A program made the position numbers and the translations under genes. The notes beneath the pieces are model-generated. The model saw only the letters and a list, made by a program, of their open reading frames with translations. It searched no databases and was not told where the DNA came from. From assembly GCA_965204345.1 (NCBI GenBank), contig OZ241981.1, positions 1,664,001 to 1,728,000 on the forward strand: a stretch of DNA of 64,000 nt, given 5' to 3'. This DNA comes from Nitrosopumilus sp. GTDB lineage: Archaea > Thermoproteota > Nitrososphaeria > Nitrososphaerales > Nitrosopumilaceae. Shown in pieces: positions 39,557 to 49,345 of the stretch (positions within the stretch are counted from its first letter, which is position 1; each line of letters opens with the position of its first letter).

Positions 39557-40437
39557 ATTTTTTATTTAATGTGTGCATCAAGATAACAAATGTCTGATGC
39601 ATCCAAACGACTGCATCCTGTGATTAATAGTTTGCAAAAATCAAAAATATACCATAAATTAAACTCTTAGCAAATAAATTATTAGATTAGTTATTGATAT
39701 CTGCTGTCAACAGGTTACAGCTGTCTAATAGTCCAAAGTAAAACTATCAAGGACATTGCAAGCTCCATACCTCACTAGAGTCAGATTACATATGAGAATC
39801 TTTTTGCAAGGAACACTCCGCAGCTGGCTGAATCAAGAGGGATGCTTGTCACCCACATCGCAGATTCGCTTGAAGAGATTGCAATTGACTAAAATGACCT
39901 GCCCATAGTGTTTTAATCAGCACTTTGGAAAGTCATTTTTGCTTCCCATAGATGTCATTTTGGGCTGGACCCTGACTAATGAAAAAAGGCAAAGGGCATT
40001 TAGCAAGCTAGGGGGGGGACACAATTGTCGTAAAAATCAAGGAACAGAAATTGGATTTAAAATACACAAAGGATTGATCTTGTCAGGTTTTCTCAGACAG
40101 TTGCTGGAAAATTTTTCCAACAGATCTATTAGTGATAAAGAGAACGTTGGGTTGGTGTCTGAGAACAACAAACAGAGGTGTGTTTGTGGTCAGACTTACC
40201 AGATGAGCTTCAAAAAGATATAGAATTTGACGGATAGTTTGAAAAACCACAACATTCAAAAAAAGAGATCAAAGAGTGTTCCAATAAAATTGCAGCACAG
40301 CCTAATGTGCATAAGAGATAGGATTCACTTGAAAAATTGATTCCTTTTGAGAATGTCCCCTGTTATGACTGCCACTGGGATTTGTGTCACAGGTGTATTG
40401 CCAATCTGGTTTATGTGGCGGCGGGTCATCTCTCTAT

Positions 40438-40544
40438 CAGGTTATACAGGCATTACCAAGTCCATTTACTGGCACTCAAATATATCTAATCTTTTTTCTT
40501 CTATCCACAGGTTATACAGGCATTACAAAGTCCATTTAATGGCA
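40438..40544. repeat. Two 37-bp direct repeats separated by 33 bp
   Basis: CAGGTTATACAGGCATTACMAAGTCCATTTAMTGGCA at 40438 and 40508, 35/37. Confidence 0.85.
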
Positions 40545-40569
40545 ATAGCAGACTTGTTTGTCCCAGCAA

Positions 40570-43500
40570 CTATGCAAATCCAAACAGGGATCTAAAAAAG
40601 TCTGTAATTACATCAAAGAAACCCTTTTGATCCTCGGAGATTCTCTGCGAATCTGCAGGCACACACTCTCCGCCTACCATCTGCGTTCCTGAGCTGCATG
40701 ATGACCCTTGATCATTACCAGTACCTGTGCCGGTTTGGGATGGTTCTGAATCGGTCACAGTCGTTGTCGACTTTATCTCTGTTTCTGCGGTTGGTTCTCC
40801 TGAGTCTGTCTTTTCACTCAAATCCGGTACCGGAGGTTCTGGCTTCATCCCTGTTTCTGCGGATGGTTCTGGGTCCATCTTTTTCATTCCTTCTTCTTCC
40901 TTCTCCTCCTCCCCCTCATTCAAACCTGGCACTTGTGGTTCTGGGTCCATTAGATTCTGGACTGCTCCAACCTGGGTATTGTTTGCAGGTATGCTTTGTT
41001 CTGGGGAATACTTGCCACTGCTTCCTCCACCACCGCCACCACCGCCACCACCGCCACCACCACTGCGGCTACTAGAAGGTGTGGATGGTGTAGGTTCTAC
41101 AGAAACCATAGAGAATGAGCCAAATGAGCTAAAGTGCGTGGTCCAGATGATCATATCAGGGCCGGCACGAACAAAACATGATTCCAATGTGGTGTCAGCA
41201 CCAATATTGTCATTGGCAGTATCCTGATTGACAGGAACAAACGGACATACAACCAGTGATCGTGATATCACATTGCCATCAGCATCGTTTCCTGAGAAGA
41301 AGGCACCCTCATGGCCTGCCTGGTCAGGCAAGAGTAACCTGACTGCCTGATCAAATGTTAATCTAGTGTTACCATCACCGACCGAGAATGCCAGTCCTAT
41401 CTCATCATTTGAGGTTGGAGGATCAACCGCAGTACCGGTAGTAGTAACAAGGGTTGGAACGGCAATGGTGCCACTCCAATCATCAGATGAGCCAGTTACA
41501 ACGACACTAGCTGGATAAGTGACAGTGACAGTTTGGGAATCAGAGACCTCAGAGGTGACCTCAGTTGTAGAATCAGAAATTCTCACACTCTTTGTTCCGC
41601 TTGCAGCATCATCAGCAAACGTTGGGGTGGCATTAAAGTCAAGCAGCTGGCCATCAGTGGCAATAATTGTGTCAGGTAATGTATCAGATACCACATTAAG
41701 GGTGATCAGATTTGAGGATGGCTCATATGTCACTACGCCACCATCGCCTCCAGAGGGAATATCGGCCTCAATTTCATCTCCTGTGGTGCTGATGGTGATG
41801 GTAACTGAATTAGATGCCTCATTGGGGTTGCCTGCAAGGTCTGCTGCCATACCTGCACCTATTGATACGGTTACTGTTCCGTCAGATGAGCCGCGAGCCA
41901 CATTAAAGGTGTAGACACTGCCTTCTCCGCCAATGTTGGATGCTGTCGGGGTACCACCGTTTACAGTACCAGTTACTGTAATGTCATCTAGATCAAAGTT
42001 CTCAATCTCCTCATCAAATGTTGTTGTAAACGTTACGGGGTCATCGCCAGTAATAGTACCATTGGCAGGCGTGATAGATACGGATGGGTTTACCATGTCC
42101 ACTGTAATAGTATGTACAGCACCCGTGTTGCCCCCTGCCACCACACCATCAGGTATGCTTACTGTAAGCTGACCCTCTCCAGTGATCCCGTGTATGACTG
42201 TAAAGTCGTATTGTGCACCACTGGTTCCATTAAAGTCAGTTATCAGGATATCTGGTGCCTGTGTCCTGCCAATTTCCACAACGACGGAATTTTCCCCTCC
42301 AAGATCAAGACTAATCTCAGAGTTAGATACCTGGGTTCCGTCAATTGCCACAACGATGTCAGACCGCTCAAATCCTGTGACATTGCCGCTAAATGTCGCA
42401 GTAAATGGGATGGCCTCAGAGTTGGTAGGATCAGATGTATCAGTACTCAGGGATACGGATGGGACAGTGGTGTCTATTCTAACGGTAACTGAATTAGATG
42501 CGGTGTTGGGGTTGCCTACAACATCTGCTGCCACTCCTGTTGCAACTGATACAGTTACGGTTCCATCAGATGATATACTTGCAACATCAAAGATGTATGT
42601 GCGGGCATCAACTGTCTCAAAGCCGGTTGCTTCAAGGATGCCGCCGTTGGCATCGCCTGCCACTGTAATGTCATCTACGATAAAGTCCCTAACGTCCTCG
42701 TCAAATTCTACTGTAAATGGTACCGTATCAAGTCCGGTGCTGCTGCCTGCAGACGAACTTACAGAGACAGTTGGGGCAAGGGTGTCTATGGTAACTGTAA
42801 CTGAATTTGACGCGGTGTTGGGGTTGTCTGCTGCATCTGTTAGCGCGTTTGCATCTATGGTTACGGTCACTGTTCCGTCTGTGGAGCCGCGTGCCACATC
42901 AAAGGTGTGGACACTGCCTGCTCCGCCAAGGTTGGATGCTATGGGACTGCCGTTATTTGCTGTACCCGTTACTGTAATGGCACCTAGACCAAAGTCGACA
43001 TCCTTGTTGAATGTTACCGTAAATGGTACCGTAGTTAGGTTGGTGCTCTCACCTGCAGTTGTAGTTACAGAGACGGTTAGGGGAATGGTGTCGGGATTGT
43101 CTGGAGGGTCTGTTGGATCTACATCTCTGACAGTAACTATCTGTGTAAGAGTTGCGGTATTTCCTGAATCATCAGTGGCAGTCCATACCACACTGTGTGT
43201 TCCAACGGCAAATGATGCAGTATCACTGGCAGTTACAGCAACAACGTCTGAATCCACTATATCAGTTGCAGCTGGCGCGCTTATTGATACGGGTGTAAGT
43301 TCTGCTGTGGCATCCACAGTTATTGGTGCAGGCTGTACTATTGTGGGAGGAGTGGTATCCTCCAGAGTTACAGTGCTAGTTGTTGTAGAGATATTTCCAG
43401 ATTCGTCAGTGGCAGTCCATACGATTATGGTATCACCCAGAGGAAACGATGCAGTTGCGTTGCTAGTTATGGTAAAAGGAAAGATATCTGTTACTGTGGG

Positions 43501-46500
43501 GTCTGCCAGCTGTATTGCAGTTAATGATGAGGTAGCCTCTGCTGTAACATTTTCAGGCTTTTGTATTACCGGTGGTGTTGTGTCTTGTACGGTTATCGTC
43601 TGTGCTGCAGTATCTGCGTTTCCTGCAGCATCTGTGGCAGTCCATGTAACTGTTGTGGAGCCAAGTGGGAAATTGTCTGGTGGTACGTCGTGAGTTATGT
43701 CAGGGCTTGGATCTGCATTGTCTGTAGCTGATGCCGTACCAGTATCAACAGGTGTACGAATGCCGGTAGCCTCTACAGTGAGATCAGCAGGAGCTGTAAT
43801 TACAGGTCTTGTGGTATCTGGAGGGTCAGGATTGTCGTCGCCGTCGTCACTAGTTATAAAAACATGAAACAACCCACTACCAAATATGCCAGATGTCGCA
43901 ATTATGCGAACAGGATAAGTGCCAACGGTGGCGTTATGCGGAGAGATGGTAATGTCTGCCGTACCACTACCAGTACGGGATATGCTGACAAAATCTGGGG
44001 CTTGTTCGAAATGCCACGAAATTGGTCTATTGTTGGGATGCGTTGCAGACACGCTTACAGTACGGGTCTCTCCGTTACGCAAAGTGATATCATCAATGGA
44101 TTCTATTACCGGAAATATACTTGGGATGAAGTTTGTGGTGGATGTGGGGCGTGACTGTGAATCACTTCCACCAAAGCCAAAATCAGAACCAACATAGGTT
44201 ACTGTAATTGGTGTATCATATGGAATGCCTGATGTCCTCAAAAACCTTGTGTCAGGGCTCCTCAAAATATTAGTGACCGAGGTGACTGTTCCATCAGACA
44301 GACTAAAATCACTTGATGTAAAATTAGTATAAAATTCTACAGGGAACTGTAGAATAATGGTGAAGGTAGTTGTCAATTCGGATGTAAATGTTAATGGTAG
44401 TGGTGAGATGTTAAAATTATCAATCTCTACGAATTCATTGTCTCTGTTTGAGTCTGCCACAAATCGCAGTAATGTCTGTGATTGATCACGTAGGTTAAGT
44501 GTCAGGGCTTCAGAGTGCCAGTTGTCGGTATTATTCCCATTGATACGAGTATATCGTTCCAGTGTTCTCCAGCTGAAATCTTCCAGATACTGCACATACA
44601 GACCTTCATCTGAGTTAATTCTCCTATCAACAAATCTATCAAAGGACACTACAAGTGGGTTTCCTGTGTCTATTGGCTGGTTAAGTCTAATAACACACTG
44701 GAAATCACAGTCTCTAGATGTTGCCACCGTATTGCCGCTAGCAGAACCTGGAATGGTTTTGTGGGCATTTTTTATCTCCCACACGCCATTGCCAGATTGG
44801 CTCCAATTATCAAGCGTGTTAAAACTGTCAGTCATTATGTTTGATGACGGGGGTGGATCGTTTGGGATTGCAAAGATCATGTGGTGAAGTATCATAATGT
44901 CATGTGAAGAATCATTGTCTGTACCTTCCCATGCAGTATAGAAATCTCCAAAACTACGGTATGGTCTATTCTTAAATACATCAATAATTTCATCATCGCC
45001 TAATTGCAGGTTATCTAAGTTAGTACCGTTACTGCTTTGTTCTAAATTGTCAAATATTTCATCAACGTTATGATCTTTGATATCCCATAGCGCTCCGGCT
45101 ACCTGTCCTTGAACTAATTGTCCAACAAGATGAACGTTATCTACTGGGAAAAAAGCTAAAAATCTATCATCATCAGGGAAGGACTCTAACCTGTCTTGCT
45201 CCAAATCAATACTACTAAAAGTGTCACGTTGGAAATTTGACGAATTGGTAACTAAATGAGGAACAAAATTAGCCCAACCTTCTGTCCATGCACATCTAGG
45301 ATTAGTTGGGAGATGAAGATAATGACCTCTCTCACCGACATCATCAAAATCGCCATCATTGTTTATATCAGTGTAACAAGGCTGACGCAGGAGTGGAAAT
45401 ACACCTTGTATATCCATAATATGGTGGCCAAATTCATGTAATATGATAAGTTTGCTTAAAGCCTGATCACTGGCAGAAGATCTCTCACCGTCAAGCCACA
45501 TAATGTTGGCTGATCGTAAATATGCAGCACCGTTACTGGCACTGTCTGGAAAAACACTAGCACCACTATCAGGCTCCCACTTTACAGTAAGCCTCTCAGG
45601 AGAAATACCGTGATGACTAAATAAATCACGACCATCAGAGATCGCATTGATTATACCGGCAGCTCTTGCATTACTGCCATTCAATACAAAATCAAACATT
45701 CTTGTATCCTGACTAAAGTTCAAAACTCTGGTAGATGATTCTGTATAAACACGTTGAGATAAACCTTCCACAACTAAATCACTTGCGCCCTTGGAACTAA
45801 CTCTGATAACTAGATCAACATTTGATGCATCAGAAGGATCATCATTTTGGATAGAATCTATGTGATATCCTCCCATGTTGGATGTAAATGTGCAGGCCCT
45901 GCTATTGTCAGTTGTAAACAATACGGTCTCTGTACCGTCAGATTCAGGATAATCATAGGCACAGACTTCTATCCCATTGATGGGTTCTGTGTTGTTGGAA
46001 AAATAAATTGGAGCAGATACAGAGCCTGTAATGGAAAAGGTGTTGGAAGAAGAGTCTTCTGCTGTTGCTGCTGCACCATCAGACGTCTCCTGAGTTGTAT
46101 CTACGGGGAATGCTGGGGCAGCAGCGGTATCTGTGGAGGAGCCGGTTGCCGCTGCTGTTACTGCACCATCAGATGTGTCATGAGGGCCAGTGTAATCTGC
46201 CTCGTATCTTTCCATTGCATCATCTACTTCCGCCTGCGTGAAATTAGAGTGACTCAAAATACTTTTTACATCATCCAATGGAAGAGATTTATCAACAAGC
46301 CATCCAATTAAATCATCATTAACTTTGCCAATATCATTGACAGCTATCTCGCCCAAAAGTTGCAGATGGTTGGCATATATTTCAGCTACTCTTTCCTCCG
46401 TCAAAATCTCATTAACTATCTCATCTTTGGGTCCTGGTTTATTGCCAAGTCTGCTATCTTTTTGAGGTGCAAAAGATTCAGGACTAGATGCACTAGCTAA

Positions 46501-47337
46501 AATGTCGTGATCCAAAAACGTGTATCCCTCATCCATATACTCATTTTCGGGCATAGAATGCTCATCAGATATTGCAAGGTAGACACCGCCACTGGATTCT
46601 AAAGGATCAAAGCGCAATGCATCAATTTCAATAAATCCCTCCTCTAGAATTTCTATAGTAACCATCACGGTATAAGCCCTGTCCGGCACGGGATCATCTA
46701 CTACATATCCGACATTATTATCAAATGACTCAAAGCTGGTTGGATCATCAGAGCCCGCATTTGTTGTGGCATCATCATGAAACAAAACTTTGTCATCGGG
46801 ATTGGTAAATACTTTTAGTGTGAATGGTTCCATGTATGGTTCAAAATTTATATTGTCAGTATAGACACCGGTAAAATTTACCAAGGCAGTCTGACCCACC
46901 TTGGGCAATTCTGAGAGTTCTAAAGAATAACTGTGTATAAGAATTCCCGACGATGATAACATTGAAGATTCTTTGTAATCAGCAATAATCTGCTTTTCTT
47001 TGTCAGTAAATACATGCGTGTCTGTCTGGCTTGTGATCTTTTTATTTAAGGACTCGTGAGCTTTTTGGGATGTTTCTGGTGTATATGCCGTCATGGTATA
47101 GCTGCTGCTGCCCCTGTCTACTAATTTCATCGCAGAATCACCAGTTAGGCAAACTGGCTTGCCTGCAAGAGTCACCATCAGAATCTTGCCGTCATTGCAC
47201 TGAATCATGTCCATTGGTATGCCTGCATGATGCTGGTCCAGTGGCGAGTCCGGGATTGCAGCATGTGTTGGCATCATCACTGCCACCATCATCACGGTAA
47301 CCAAAACCAAAAGTTTCGACACTGCGATTCCGGCCAT
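40570..47337 (-). CDS. Giant secreted/surface protein: Zn metalloprotease + MAM-like + HYR x3 + Ig-like x4 + C-terminal anchor region
   Basis: Signal peptide; ILHEFGHH...AWTEGWANF; DTTPPVI..P..TVEAT (HYR); FTVTF..V..F...DITV (bacterial Ig-like); poly-Gly linker; amphipathic GFFDVITDFFRSLFG tail. Confidence 0.85.
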   Translation of the reverse strand: MAGIAVSKLLVLVTVMMVAVMMPTHAAIPDSPLDQHHAGIPMDMIQCNDGKILMVTLAGKPVCLTGDSAMKLVDRGSSSYTMTAYTPETSQKAHESLNKKITSQTDTHVFTDKEKQIIADYKESSMLSSSGILIHSYSLELSELPKVGQTALVNFTGVYTDNINFEPYMEPFTLKVFTNPDDKVLFHDDATTNAGSDDPTSFESFDNNVGYVVDDPVPDRAYTVMVTIEILEEGFIEIDALRFDPLESSGGVYLAISDEHSMPENEYMDEGYTFLDHDILASASSPESFAPQKDSRLGNKPGPKDEIVNEILTEERVAEIYANHLQLLGEIAVNDIGKVNDDLIGWLVDKSLPLDDVKSILSHSNFTQAEVDDAMERYEADYTGPHDTSDGAVTAAATGSSTDTAAAPAFPVDTTQETSDGAAATAEDSSSNTFSITGSVSAPIYFSNNTEPINGIEVCAYDYPESDGTETVLFTTDNSRACTFTSNMGGYHIDSIQNDDPSDASNVDLVIRVSSKGASDLVVEGLSQRVYTESSTRVLNFSQDTRMFDFVLNGSNARAAGIINAISDGRDLFSHHGISPERLTVKWEPDSGASVFPDSASNGAAYLRSANIMWLDGERSSASDQALSKLIILHEFGHHIMDIQGVFPLLRQPCYTDINNDGDFDDVGERGHYLHLPTNPRCAWTEGWANFVPHLVTNSSNFQRDTFSSIDLEQDRLESFPDDDRFLAFFPVDNVHLVGQLVQGQVAGALWDIKDHNVDEIFDNLEQSSNGTNLDNLQLGDDEIIDVFKNRPYRSFGDFYTAWEGTDNDSSHDIMILHHMIFAIPNDPPPSSNIMTDSFNTLDNWSQSGNGVWEIKNAHKTIPGSASGNTVATSRDCDFQCVIRLNQPIDTGNPLVVSFDRFVDRRINSDEGLYVQYLEDFSWRTLERYTRINGNNTDNWHSEALTLNLRDQSQTLLRFVADSNRDNEFVEIDNFNISPLPLTFTSELTTTFTIILQFPVEFYTNFTSSDFSLSDGTVTSVTNILRSPDTRFLRTSGIPYDTPITVTYVGSDFGFGGSDSQSRPTSTTNFIPSIFPVIESIDDITLRNGETRTVSVSATHPNNRPISWHFEQAPDFVSISRTGSGTADITISPHNATVGTYPVRIIATSGIFGSGLFHVFITSDDGDDNPDPPDTTRPVITAPADLTVEATGIRTPVDTGTASATDNADPSPDITHDVPPDNFPLGSTTVTWTATDAAGNADTAAQTITVQDTTPPVIQKPENVTAEATSSLTAIQLADPTVTDIFPFTITSNATASFPLGDTIIVWTATDESGNISTTTSTVTLEDTTPPTIVQPAPITVDATAELTPVSISAPAATDIVDSDVVAVTASDTASFAVGTHSVVWTATDDSGNTATLTQIVTVRDVDPTDPPDNPDTIPLTVSVTTTAGESTNLTTVPFTVTFNKDVDFGLGAITVTGTANNGSPIASNLGGAGSVHTFDVARGSTDGTVTVTIDANALTDAADNPNTASNSVTVTIDTLAPTVSVSSSAGSSTGLDTVPFTVEFDEDVRDFIVDDITVAGDANGGILEATGFETVDARTYIFDVASISSDGTVTVSVATGVAADVVGNPNTASNSVTVRIDTTVPSVSLSTDTSDPTNSEAIPFTATFSGNVTGFERSDIVVAIDGTQVSNSEISLDLGGENSVVVEIGRTQAPDILITDFNGTSGAQYDFTVIHGITGEGQLTVSIPDGVVAGGNTGAVHTITVDMVNPSVSITPANGTITGDDPVTFTTTFDEEIENFDLDDITVTGTVNGGTPTASNIGGEGSVYTFNVARGSSDGTVTVSIGAGMAADLAGNPNEASNSVTITISTTGDEIEADIPSGGDGGVVTYEPSSNLITLNVVSDTLPDTIIATDGQLLDFNATPTFADDAASGTKSVRISDSTTEVTSEVSDSQTVTVTYPASVVVTGSSDDWSGTIAVPTLVTTTGTAVDPPTSNDEIGLAFSVGDGNTRLTFDQAVRLLLPDQAGHEGAFFSGNDADGNVISRSLVVCPFVPVNQDTANDNIGADTTLESCFVRAGPDMIIWTTHFSSFGSFSMVSVEPTPSTPSSSRSGGGGGGGGGGGGGSSGKYSPEQSIPANNTQVGAVQNLMDPEPQVPGLNEGEEEKEEEGMKKMDPEPSAETGMKPEPPVPDLSEKTDSGEPTAETEIKSTTTVTDSEPSQTGTGTGNDQGSSCSSGTQMVGGECVPADSQRISEDQKGFFDVITDFFRSLFGFA

Positions 47338-47378
47338 AAATAGTGGTGGGTATGCTTTATTATTAATGATAACAACGC

Positions 47379-47699
47379 GGTTCTGTTGCGTTCATGAGGG
47401 ATAGGCACGAGAGATAAATTTAGGATATTGTTGAATCTTGAGGCGTTTTCTGATTTTCAAACTGATGTTCATTTAGTGTAGTGAGATTATTTCTCCGATA
47501 TTGATCAAGGAACTAGAGGAAACAACCACAACAAAGCAAATCTTGATGATTTTAAGATGAACACGGTAAATGCAACGGACAATTCTGGTAAGTTTCGATG
47601 ATCTGATCACTGGAATTTACCAGTGCCGTTTGTAGGTCTTGATTAAAACTTGTGCGATCAAACAGATTCGTGTATATCCCTCATGAACGCAACAAAATC
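47379..47699 (-). mobile_element. IS6-like MITE, copy 2 (inverted)
   Basis: TIRs GGTTCTGTTGCGTTCATGAGGGATAGGCACGA and (rc) GATTTTGTTGCGTTCATGAGGGATATACACGA, 28/32; GGTTCTGTTGC matches the IS257/IS431-type IS6 terminus. Confidence 0.9.
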
Positions 47700-47743
47700 G
47701 TTTTTTGGAATAAGATATAACAAGGTTCCTTATTTTTTCCTGT

Positions 47744-49345
47744 ATGAAGACTAAAGGCGTCATTGTAACCATCTTTTTTGGATTTATTCTGCTCTCTTCT
47801 ACTGTGCTTATCACTCTGCCTGGCATTGTTCCTGAAGATGAATCTGCCGAAGTTACAATTACTGGAACTCCCGCTGATAACTTTCCTGATGCGCAACGTG
47901 GACAATTTTGTGGCTCTAGTGATGCAAAATCCACAAAGTATGTTCAAGAATTTTCAATTCCCACAATGTGCACAAACCCATTAGCTATAGTGACTGATTA
48001 TGATGGAAATGTCTGGTTTACTGAAACTAATACTGGCAACTTGGCAAAATTTGATCCTACTACTGAATCTTTTACCGAATACCAGAATCCCTCGTGGCCT
48101 GACGGTGGACGTTCCATGATGTGGGGTATTGACTATGCCCCTGATGGCAATGTCTGGTTTACTGATGAATCCTATGATTCAGTATGGAAGTTCTCCACAA
48201 TTGATGAGACTTATGACAGATTGGCATATCCTTCTGAAGGAGACTCTTTGCCTCAGAAATTAAAAATTGATGGCTCTCAAATTATTATAAATGATTTTAC
48301 TGGAAACAAGCTCACCTTTTTAGATCCCAGTCAGTCCGGCGAGGATATCAACTATCTTAGCATTCCCTCCCCAGTAGATGATTCTGTAACCGGTGACTTT
48401 GCAATAGATGCAGATGATAATGTCTGGTTTACTAATTGGCTCTTTCAACAGGGCGGTGTCCTGGTAAAATTTGATCAGATTGGCTATCGTGATTCTGTCG
48501 TAAGTTCTAATGAACAATTCCTTCCATTGCTTGATTTCATTGAAATCCATGAGCTGCCTGTGGAATTAAACACCCCTAATGGTGCCATAGTTGATGATGA
48601 CGGGTTTGTCTGGTTGGCCGATACCACATCGTCTTCCTTCTTTAGTTTTGATCCCGTGGCTGAACAGTTTACCCACTATGTTACCTCTGATCCTGTATTG
48701 AGTACATATGGAAACCAAACAGGAGTTGTAAAATCCCCAATCTCTAGGCCCTATTGGATTGAGTCTGATGGACAGGGACGCATTATTTTCAACGAACAGA
48801 CTGCAAACAACATCTCCGTAATGGACCCAAAATCCCAATCACTTGTTGAATATCACGTTCCCTCAAAAAATCCATACTGGGGTGACTGTGATCCTGGGAC
48901 CGGCATTATGCTAGCTGACTGTGGCGTTGCCCAAATCTTTGATTTTGCAGTTGATGGCGAAAAAATTTGGTTTACAGAGTGGGTTGAGAATAATATTGGT
49001 GTTGTTGATACTTCTGTGCCATTGCCAATGGAAATTCAATTGGAATCTGACGAACTGACTTTGGCATCCGGGGATTCTGCACACTTTAACTTTATTGTAT
49101 CCCCATTATCTAATGATAATGATGATGATCTGGATGTAACATTGATTTTATCCCCCGCACACAAGTTCTTACAGGTAGCCCTTGATCATGATAGCGTTGA
49201 ATCCTTCCGGCTTGACTCCAATACCCCTGTTCATATCTCAATAACTGCATCTGAGAATGCCGAGCCTGGCACCTACAAGATTCTTCTTGGCGCACAATCC
49301 CCGGACATTGCAATCAGCAAGTATGTAACAGTGACAATAGAGTGA
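47744..49345 (+). CDS. Membrane-anchored beta-propeller, virginiamycin B lyase-like
   Basis: Repeated DGNVWFT blades; N-terminal TM. Confidence 0.83.
   Translation: MKTKGVIVTIFFGFILLSSTVLITLPGIVPEDESAEVTITGTPADNFPDAQRGQFCGSSDAKSTKYVQEFSIPTMCTNPLAIVTDYDGNVWFTETNTGNLAKFDPTTESFTEYQNPSWPDGGRSMMWGIDYAPDGNVWFTDESYDSVWKFSTIDETYDRLAYPSEGDSLPQKLKIDGSQIIINDFTGNKLTFLDPSQSGEDINYLSIPSPVDDSVTGDFAIDADDNVWFTNWLFQQGGVLVKFDQIGYRDSVVSSNEQFLPLLDFIEIHELPVELNTPNGAIVDDDGFVWLADTTSSSFFSFDPVAEQFTHYVTSDPVLSTYGNQTGVVKSPISRPYWIESDGQGRIIFNEQTANNISVMDPKSQSLVEYHVPSKNPYWGDCDPGTGIMLADCGVAQIFDFAVDGEKIWFTEWVENNIGVVDTSVPLPMEIQLESDELTLASGDSAHFNFIVSPLSNDNDDDLDVTLILSPAHKFLQVALDHDSVESFRLDSNTPVHISITASENAEPGTYKILLGAQSPDIAISKYVTVTIE

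Larger units (their letters stand above)
37043..47699. mobile_element. MITE-bounded composite unit (~10.7 kb)
   Basis: Inverted MITE pair; outer flanks ATTTTTTG (37035-37042) and GTTTTTTG (47700-47707); sits between pth2 and the lyase-truD genes. Confidence 0.72.

Noticed and set aside
39560-40430. ORFs 39939-40223 and 40347-40595 and a G8 tract
   Set aside because: No recognisable protein; looks like decayed debris, so a phase-variation role for the G8 tract is unsupported.
40438-40544. Annotation as a CRISPR array (also considered for 61516-61587)
   Set aside because: Only two repeats each, with no cas genes, leader or canonical repeat ends; kept as plain repeats.
42182-43693. 503-aa plus-strand ORF and other long ORFs opposite the giant gene
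   Set aside because: Antisense to HYR/Ig repeats; no independent motifs.
47617-47947. Minus-strand ORFs running into MITE copy 2 as a transposase
   Set aside because: Antisense to the lyase gene; no DDE motifs.
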